NCBI RefSeq assembly: GCF_913057115.1
Contig: NZ_CAJXNN010000001.1
Location: 118,441 to 150,440 of the forward strand
Reading direction: 5' to 3'
Source: an uncultured Roseovarius sp.
GTDB taxonomy: Bacteria > Pseudomonadota > Alphaproteobacteria > Rhodobacterales > Rhodobacteraceae
Length of the DNA: 32,000 bases
Both the position numbers and the translations under genes were made by a program. Shown here one piece after another: positions 25,856 through 32,000 of the stretch. Position 1 is the stretch's first letter. Each line of letters begins with the position of its first letter. The notes below the pieces were generated by a model, which was given only the letters and a program-made list of their open reading frames with translations, searched no databases and was not told the DNA's origin.

Positions 25856-27415
25856 ATGTCATTGGTACGTGCGGCGTTTCGCGCCGCACTTTTTCTTTTT
25901 TGCATGGCGACAGCCGGGCTTGCACAGGATGTGACGCTGACCTCGCGGGATGGCGATGTCGAGATCTCCGGTAACCTTCTTGGCTTTGATGGCGAGTTCT
26001 ATCGCGTTGACACGGTTTATGGCGAATTGACCGTGGATGGCTCGGGCGTCCTGTGCGACGGGCCGGGATGCCCGAACCTCGAGAACTATGTCGCACGGGT
26101 GACCCTGTCCGGGGCGCCGGTGATTGGCCGGGTTCTCATGCCCGCGCTGCTTGAGGCCTTCGCCATCCGCAACGACTATGGGCTGGAGCGGATTTCGGAT
26201 GAGGACCGAGGCATCACATATGCCCTGAGCGATGGCAAATCCGGTCGCCTGATCGGGGAGTTCACCTTTCGCCTGACCAACACCGACGAGGGTTTCGCCG
26301 ATCTTCTCGCGAATGAGGCAGACATGGTGATGTCACTCCGCGAGGCGCGCCGGAACGAAGTGCGCCGCGCCCGCGACGCCGGCTTGGGAAACCTTGAGGC
26401 CCGAGGTCGCAGCCGGGTTCTGGCGCTTGACGCCTTGGTTCCCGTGGTGGCGCCCAGCAACCCGGTACAGGCGATCACCGTGCCCGATCTGGCGCGCGTT
26501 CTGGCCGGGGAAATCGACAACTGGCGCGATCTGGGTGGCCAGAACGCGCCGATTGCCGTGCATCTACGCGATGCGCGCTCGGGCCTGGGGCAGGCGACTG
26601 TCAACCGCCTGCTTGGGCCGCTGCGCAAACCTCTTGTCCAGAGTGCCATCCGGCACGACGATACCCCCAGCCTCATCCGCGCGGTCACAGAGGACCCGTT
26701 TGCAATTGGTGTGACCAGCCATTCGGAAACCGGAAACACATGGGAGCTGGCTCTGAAGGGGGATTGCGGATTCGCGCTGCGGGCCACGCGACGTGCGGTA
26801 AAGACCGAGGATTACCCACTGACCGCGCCGCTGTTTCTATACATGCCCGCGCGGCGCTTTCCCAAGCTGGTGCGCGAATTCCTGTCCTACATGCGAGACC
26901 CTTCGGCGCAATTGGTGATCCGGCGGGCGGGCTTTGTTGATCAATCCCCCGAAGAGATCGAGATCAACGCCCAAGGGGATCGTTTCGCTAATGCCATCGC
27001 CCGCGCCGGAAGTGAGGTTGGCCTGCGCGAGTTGCAACGCATGGTCAAAACACTGGCCCCTCTGCGACGGTTGACCACAACCTTCCGGTTTGAGGCGGGG
27101 TCTGCCCGGTTGGATGCGCAATCGCGCTCCAACGTGCGGCAACTGGCCCGCGCACTTGAGGTGGGGCTTTACGATGCGCGGCGCCTCGTCTTCGTAGGGT
27201 TCAGCGATGGCGAAGGCCCCGCCGCCGCCAATCGCGATATTGCCATGCGCCGCGCACAAACGGTGCGCGATGCCGTGACCACAGCCGCCGAAACCGCCAA
27301 CCTTGCGCGCATACAGCTTGAGGTCGAAGCCTTTGGCGAGGCGATGCCCATGGCCTGCGACGACAGCGCATGGGGCCGCCAAGTCAACCGCCGGGTCGAG
27401 GTCTGGGTGCGCTGA
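25856..27415 (+). CDS. Periplasmic substrate-binding-like domain fused to a C-terminal OmpA-family domain
   Basis: Signal peptide MSLVRAAFRAALFLFCMATAGLAQD. The C-terminus RFEAGSARLD...FVGFSDGEG....N..IAMRRAQTVRDAV...N.RVEVWV is a typical OmpA_C peptidoglycan-binding domain. Confidence 0.8.
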   Translation: MSLVRAAFRAALFLFCMATAGLAQDVTLTSRDGDVEISGNLLGFDGEFYRVDTVYGELTVDGSGVLCDGPGCPNLENYVARVTLSGAPVIGRVLMPALLEAFAIRNDYGLERISDEDRGITYALSDGKSGRLIGEFTFRLTNTDEGFADLLANEADMVMSLREARRNEVRRARDAGLGNLEARGRSRVLALDALVPVVAPSNPVQAITVPDLARVLAGEIDNWRDLGGQNAPIAVHLRDARSGLGQATVNRLLGPLRKPLVQSAIRHDDTPSLIRAVTEDPFAIGVTSHSETGNTWELALKGDCGFALRATRRAVKTEDYPLTAPLFLYMPARRFPKLVREFLSYMRDPSAQLVIRRAGFVDQSPEEIEINAQGDRFANAIARAGSEVGLRELQRMVKTLAPLRRLTTTFRFEAGSARLDAQSRSNVRQLARALEVGLYDARRLVFVGFSDGEGPAAANRDIAMRRAQTVRDAVTTAAETANLARIQLEVEAFGEAMPMACDDSAWGRQVNRRVEVWVR

Positions 27416-27427
27416 CCGGCCAAGGGC

Positions 27428-27471
27428 CAAGGATTTTGCAAAATCCTTGCAAGCGGTTTCCAAACCGCTTG
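27428..27471. repeat. Two tandem perfect 22-bp palindromes between convergent genes
   Basis: caaggatttt-gc-aaaatccttg (27428-27449) is immediately followed by caagcggttt-cc-aaaccgcttg (27450-27471). No T-tract follows on either strand. Confidence 0.6.
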
Positions 27472-27478
27472 CCGGCCC

Positions 27479-28243
27479 TCACAAAAAACCTTCGGCGCGA
27501 AAGCTCAACTCGCAGGATTTGCCGATGATGATGTGATCGTGCAGCGTCAGGCCCAGCGCCTCGGCGGCGGCGCCGATTTGCGCCGTCATGGCGATGTCAG
27601 CCTCTGACGGCGTCGGGTCGCCGGAGGGGTGATTATGCACCAAGATCAGCGCGCTGGCATTGAGATGAAGGGCGCGTTTGACCACCTCGCGCGGATAAAC
27701 CGGCACATGATCCACCGTACCCTGCGCCTGTTCCTCATCGGCGATAAGGACGTTCTTGCGATCAAGGTAAAAAACACGAAACTGCTCGGTCTCACGATGC
27801 GCCATGGTGGTGTGGCAGTAATCCAGCAGGGCATCCCAGCTTGAGATCACCTGCCGCTGCAAGACCCGCGCCCGCGACAGGCGGTGCGCAGCGGCCTCGA
27901 TGACCTTCAATTCGCAAATCACCGCCTCGCCCACGCCAGACACCTGTGCCAAGCGTTCCTTCGGGGCCGAGAGCACGCCGTTGAAATCCCCGAACTGATC
28001 CAGAAGCGTGCGCGCCAGTGGCTTTACATCCCGCCTGGGGATGGCGCGAAACAGGACAAGCTCCAAAAGTTCGTAATCCGGCATGGCCTGTGCGCCGCCG
28101 TCCAGAAACCGCGCGCGCAACCTTTTGCGATGATCCTTGATATAGGAGGGCAGCGCCCCGCCACCCATGACCGGCGCGGCGGGGGCTTCGTCGCTTTCGA
28201 AAAGCGGCAGGGGCATCTCGGAAAAGGCGTTTTGCTGCGACAT
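27479..28243 (-). CDS. radC: RadC-family JAB/MPN domain protein
   Basis: 254-aa ORF with the JAMM motif HNHPSGDPTPSEADIAMT and the helix-hairpin-helix-like region typical of RadC/UPF0758. Confidence 0.9.
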   Translation of the reverse strand: MSQQNAFSEMPLPLFESDEAPAAPVMGGGALPSYIKDHRKRLRARFLDGGAQAMPDYELLELVLFRAIPRRDVKPLARTLLDQFGDFNGVLSAPKERLAQVSGVGEAVICELKVIEAAAHRLSRARVLQRQVISSWDALLDYCHTTMAHRETEQFRVFYLDRKNVLIADEEQAQGTVDHVPVYPREVVKRALHLNASALILVHNHPSGDPTPSEADIAMTAQIGAAAEALGLTLHDHIIIGKSCELSFRAEGFL

Positions 28244-28289
28244 GGGAAAACCCTGCCGCAGCGAGATGAACGAAGGGTTAACGCAGGGC

Positions 28290-29687
28290 TTAACTGGCGG
28301 CTTTCATCAGCCCCTCATCCTGCAACCGCGCATGCGCGGCATCCAGCGCCTTGGTGGCGCGTTCGATCAGCGTGTCGATCTCGGGCTTGGTGATCACCAA
28401 AGGCGGCGAAATCACCATGCGGTCGCCCACATGACGCATCACCAGATTGTTGGCGAAACACGCCTCGCGGCAGATCAACCCGGCGGTTCCCACATCGGCG
28501 GCGAACTTGGCGCGGCTGGCCTTGTCCGGCGTCAGGGCGATAGAGCCCATGAGCCCGACAATCTCGGCCTCGCCCACCAGCGGGTGATCGACCAGACCTT
28601 CCCATTTTTCTTTCAGGTACGGCGCGGTGTCCGATCCGGCCCGCTCGACAATGCCTTCCTCGTCCAGAATACGCAGGTTTTCCAACGCCACGGCACAAGC
28701 CACGGGATGACCGGAATAAGTGTAACCATGCGCAAACTCGCAGGCGTTCATCACCTCGGCCACCTCGTCACAGACGATCGAGCCACCGATTGGCGCGTAG
28801 CCCGAGCTTAGCCCCTTGGCGATGGTCATGATATGCGGGCGGATGCCGTAGGTTTGCGAGCCGAACCACTGTCCGGTCCGGCCAAAGCCGCAGATCACCT
28901 CGTCCGCGATCAGCAGGATACCGTATTTGTCGCAAATCCGCTGGATCTCGGGCCAGTAGGTCTCGGGCGGCACGATCACACCGCCCGCCCCTTGAATCGG
29001 CTCGGCGATAAATCCGGCAACGCGGTCTTCGCCCAATTCCAGAATCGCCTCTTCCAATTCCTGCGCCCGGGCAAGGCCGAATTCCTCGGGGGTCATTTCG
29101 CCTGCCTCGGCCCACCAGTTGGGTTGGTTGATGTGGTGAATATCAGGGATCGGCAGCCCGCCTTGCGCATGCATCCCCTGCATCCCGCCAAGGCTGGCGC
29201 TGCCGACAGAGGACCCGTGGTAGGCGTTCTTGCGGCTAATGATGATGTTCTTGTCGGGCTTGCCCTTCTGCGCCCAATAGGTGCGCACAAGGCGGATATT
29301 GGTGTCATTCGCCTCGGACCCAGACCCGGCATAGAACACGTGGTTCAGATCACCCGGGGCAAGTTGCGCCAAGCGTTCCGAAAGCGCGATCACCGGTACA
29401 TGGGTCGTCTGGAAGAAGGTGTTGTAATAGGGCAGTTCCTTCATCTGCCGGGCGGCGGCTTCGGCCAGTTCTTCGCGGCCATAGCCGATGTTCACGCACC
29501 ACAGCCCGGCCATGGCATCAAGGATTTCGTTGCCGTCGCTGTCGGTCAGGGTGACGCCCTTGGCGCGGGTGATGACACGCGCGCCTTTCGCGTTCAACTC
29601 ATCACCATGGGTGAAGGGGTGCATGTGGTGCGCGGCATCCAGCGCCTGAAGTTCGGCGGTGGGCATATGGTTGGTGATCAGGGTCAT
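28290..29687 (-). CDS. Class-III (omega) aminotransferase, putrescine/beta-alanine--pyruvate transaminase-like
   Basis: 465-aa ORF with GSGSEANDT, LIADEVICGFGRTG and the PLP-lysine region TIAKGLSSGY. The polyamine context comes from the adjacent potF/potA-like genes. Confidence 0.9.
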   Translation of the reverse strand: MTLITNHMPTAELQALDAAHHMHPFTHGDELNAKGARVITRAKGVTLTDSDGNEILDAMAGLWCVNIGYGREELAEAAARQMKELPYYNTFFQTTHVPVIALSERLAQLAPGDLNHVFYAGSGSEANDTNIRLVRTYWAQKGKPDKNIIISRKNAYHGSSVGSASLGGMQGMHAQGGLPIPDIHHINQPNWWAEAGEMTPEEFGLARAQELEEAILELGEDRVAGFIAEPIQGAGGVIVPPETYWPEIQRICDKYGILLIADEVICGFGRTGQWFGSQTYGIRPHIMTIAKGLSSGYAPIGGSIVCDEVAEVMNACEFAHGYTYSGHPVACAVALENLRILDEEGIVERAGSDTAPYLKEKWEGLVDHPLVGEAEIVGLMGSIALTPDKASRAKFAADVGTAGLICREACFANNLVMRHVGDRMVISPPLVITKPEIDTLIERATKALDAAHARLQDEGLMKAAS

Positions 29688-29787
29688 GACCGGGCCTTTC
29701 GGGATCAGGGTTTCGCGGTAAACGGGCCATGCGCGGCCCTTTTGCCCCAGAATATGATCAAATTAATCCCTGTCAATCGAATCAGCG

Positions 29788-30477
29788 TCATACCTCGGGA
29801 TCATCGAGTGACTGGCGCACTTGCTCCATTCCCTGGATCACATCTTCGCGGATCGCCCTGGCCGCACCCTCGGCATCGCGGGCGCGCATCGCTGCCATCA
29901 GCTCCTTGTGTTTGTCGGGTAAATTTTGCGTTCCCATCCGCCCGCAAACCACCCGGAGTGACGGCCCGAACCGCAACCAAAGACCATCTGCCATATCCGC
30001 CAGAATAGGTGCCGCCGCGAGGTCATAGAGCCGCTTGTGGAAGCGGTAGTTCGATTCCAGATAGCCGCGCAAATCGCCCCGCGTGATCGCCGTATCAAGA
30101 GCGGCGTCCAACTCTTCCAGATGGTCAAGGTCTTCAGGCGATGCACGCTCGGTCGCGCGCAGGGCCAGATGCGGGTCAAGCCATTGACGTGCAAGTATTA
30201 ATTCGCTCACATGATCGGCTGTCAAAAACGGCACGCAAACCCGTCTGTTGCCCTGGAACTCCAGTGCGCCCTCAGCCGTCAGACGGCGGATCGCCTCGCG
30301 TACCGGGGTCATGCCAGCCCCCGTTTGATCGGTCAGGCCCTGAATGGTCACCGCCTGCCCGGGCGCAAGATCACCGAACAGCACCAAACCTCGCAATTGC
30401 CGGTAAATGACCTCATGCGCGGGCAGCCGCCTTCCCGGCGCAGGATCAGCGGTTAAATTCTGTGCAACTTTGGTCAT
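29788..30477 (-). CDS. GntR-family transcriptional regulator (FCD/FadR subfamily)
   Basis: N-terminal winged HTH (VIYRQLRGLVLFGDLAPGQAVTIQGLTDQTGAGMTPVREAIRRLTAEGAL) and a helical FCD-like C-terminus. The start is uncertain, with in-frame candidates at 30477, 30498 and 30531. Confidence 0.85.
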   Translation of the reverse strand: MTKVAQNLTADPAPGRRLPAHEVIYRQLRGLVLFGDLAPGQAVTIQGLTDQTGAGMTPVREAIRRLTAEGALEFQGNRRVCVPFLTADHVSELILARQWLDPHLALRATERASPEDLDHLEELDAALDTAITRGDLRGYLESNYRFHKRLYDLAAAPILADMADGLWLRFGPSLRVVCGRMGTQNLPDKHKELMAAMRARDAEGAARAIREDVIQGMEQVRQSLDDPEV

Positions 30478-30626
30478 TGTCCGGGCCTTTGCGCGCATTG
30501 CGAAACTGTCATTGCTTGCGAGTTTATCCACTGCATGAAAACATTACCATATTGCCATCGGCGGATATTTTTGATCAAATCTGCCATCAAGGTATCACAA
30601 AGATGCCATCCAACGGGAGACCAAGT

Positions 30627-31712
30627 ATGAGAAACCTGATTCTGACCGCAACCGCCACCCTGGCCCTTGGCGCAATGACCGCGCAGGCCGAAGAGGTGCG
30701 CGTGTACAACTGGTCCGACTATATCGACGAAGACCTGCTGACCAAGTTCGAGGAAGAAACCGGCCTCGATCTTATCTACGACGTCTTCGACAGCAACGAG
30801 TTGCTGGAAACCAAGATGCTGGCCGGTGGCTCGGGCTATGACGTCGTGGTGCCGTCCGGCACCTTCCTGCAACGTCAGATCACGGCAGGTGCGTTCCAGA
30901 AGCTGGACAAGTCGCAGCTTCCGAACCTCGACAACATGTGGGACGTGGTGCAAGAGCGCACCGCCGCCTATGACCCCGGCCATGAGTATTCGATCAACTA
31001 CATGTGGGGAACCACCGGAATCGGCGTGAACGTCGGCAAGGTGAAGGAAATCCTTGGCGAAGACGCCCCGATCAACAGCTGGAGCCTCGTGTTCGAGCCG
31101 TCGAACATGGAAAAGCTGGCAGACTGTGGCGTACACTTTCTTGACGCCCCGGCCGAGATGATCCCCGCGGCGCTGAACTATATCGGGGAAGACCCCGATA
31201 GCCACGATCCGGATGTCATCGCCAAGACCGAAGAAATCTACATGGGCATCCGCCCGCATATCCAGAAATTCCACAGCTCGGAGTACATCAATGCACTGGC
31301 CAATGGCGATATCTGTGTCGCCGTGGGCTGGTCGGGTGATATCCTTCAGGCCCGTGACCGCGCGGCCGAGGCCGACAACGGTGTCGAAGTGGCCTATCAC
31401 GCGCCGAAAGAGGGCGCGCAGATGTGGTTCGACATGATGGCGATCCCCGCCGATGCCCCCAACCCCGAGGGCGCGCATACCTTCCTGAACTTCATCATGG
31501 ATGCGCAGAACATGGCGGCGGCGTCGAACTATGTGTACTACGCCAACGGCAACAAGGCCTCGCAGGAATACCTTGTGGACGACGTGATCAACGATCCGGC
31601 GATCTATCCGGATCGGGAAACGCTGGACAACCTGTTCACCACCACACCCTATCCGGCCAAGGTTCAGCGGGTTGTCACCCGCCTCTGGACCAAGATCAAA
31701 TCGGGCACCTAA
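30627..31712 (+). CDS. potF: Putrescine/spermidine ABC transporter periplasmic binding protein
   Basis: Start at MRNLILTATATLALGAMTAQAEEVRVYNWSDYI (signal peptide, gggaga RBS). The YNWSDYI and MWGTTGIG motifs are typical of PotD/PotF. Confidence 0.9.
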   Translation: MRNLILTATATLALGAMTAQAEEVRVYNWSDYIDEDLLTKFEEETGLDLIYDVFDSNELLETKMLAGGSGYDVVVPSGTFLQRQITAGAFQKLDKSQLPNLDNMWDVVQERTAAYDPGHEYSINYMWGTTGIGVNVGKVKEILGEDAPINSWSLVFEPSNMEKLADCGVHFLDAPAEMIPAALNYIGEDPDSHDPDVIAKTEEIYMGIRPHIQKFHSSEYINALANGDICVAVGWSGDILQARDRAAEADNGVEVAYHAPKEGAQMWFDMMAIPADAPNPEGAHTFLNFIMDAQNMAAASNYVYYANGNKASQEYLVDDVINDPAIYPDRETLDNLFTTTPYPAKVQRVVTRLWTKIKSGT

Positions 31713-31722
31713 GCCCATTTCC

Positions 31723-31752
31723 CGGCCCGCGCGACACACCTCGCGCGGGCCG
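31723..31752 (+). terminator. GC-rich intercistronic hairpin (attenuator or terminator) between potF and the ABC ATPase gene
   Basis: Perfect 12-bp inverted repeat cggcccgcgcga (31723-31734) / tcgcgcgggccg (31741-31752), followed by ctttcc. Confidence 0.5.
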
Positions 31753-31776
31753 CTTTCCTCTTGAGGTGGGGCAGGT

Positions 31777-32000
31777 ATGAACCAATCCGTTTTCGAACCC
31801 TGGAACGACCCAAACGCCAAGCCATTGATCCAGTTCAAGGGCGTGACCAAGCGGTTCGGTGAATTCACCGCGATCGACAACCAGACATTCGACATCTACG
31901 AGAAAGAATTCTTTGCCCTGCTGGGCCCCTCGGGCTGTGGCAAGACCACCATGATGCGCATGCTTGCCGGGTTCGAAGCCCCCACCGAAGGGCAAATCTG
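31777..32000 (+). CDS. potA: Polyamine ABC transporter ATP-binding protein, partial (runs off the right edge)
   Basis: Manual translation from the ATG at 31777 gives [67 protein letters not shown], which includes a Walker A motif. Confidence 0.85.
   Translation, partial: MNQSVFEPWNDPNAKPLIQFKGVTKRFGEFTAIDNQTFDIYEKEFFALLGPSGCGKTTMMRMLAGFEAPTEGQI

Noticed and set aside
30474-31895. 473-aa minus-strand ORF opposite potF
   Set aside because: It lies antisense to a clear PotD/PotF-type binding protein and is a shadow ORF.
1-32000. CRISPR arrays or long tandem repeat arrays
   Set aside because: Scanning by eye shows no regularly spaced 25-40 bp direct repeats. Only short dispersed repeats are present, and these are reported separately.

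Overview
The window is a high-GC alphaproteobacterial (Rhodobacteraceae-like) housekeeping backbone. Left of the island it carries pheT, a yrhK-like gene, pheS, a fatty-acid desaturase, rplT, rpmI, pyk, an N-formylglutamate-amidohydrolase-family gene, mutT, argJ, a parvulin PPIase and secA. Right of the island it carries an OmpA-domain lipoprotein-like gene, radC, a class-III aminotransferase, a GntR regulator and potF/potA-like polyamine uptake genes. A visibly AT-rich island of about 9.4 kb (about 15202-24637) interrupts this backbone. It is inserted into the last codons of secA and bounded by a 20-bp direct repeat (19/20 identical). The island supplies a synonymous, AT-richer replacement for the final Arg-Leu-Ala-stop of SecA. 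Its genes are: (1) a 429-aa tyrosine integrase next to attL; (2) a Type II restriction-modification pair, a C5-cytosine methyltransferase plus a PD-(D/E)xK nuclease with a K-x3-R-D-R signature reminiscent of CCGG-family enzymes; (3) a tightly packed three-gene minus-strand operon encoding a 191-aa catalytic-domain-only tyrosine recombinase, a 560-aa protein of unknown function, and a 426-aa tRNA-guanine-transglycosylase (TGT)/DpdA-like protein; (4) two coupled small ORFs; (5) an HUH-type rolling-circle Rep-like protein next to a stem-loop; (6) a small conserved ORF. The most interesting candidate is the recombinase / 560-aa / DpdA-like module. It has a DNA 7-deazaguanine-transglycosylase-like enzyme but no recognisable DpdB, DpdC, DpdD-K or preQ0-synthesis genes. 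The small recombinase gene is bracketed by two near-palindromic core-type sites in inverted orientation, which suggests an invertible or excisable switch upstream of the modification genes. All functional calls come from motif recognition by eye. No database searches were run.
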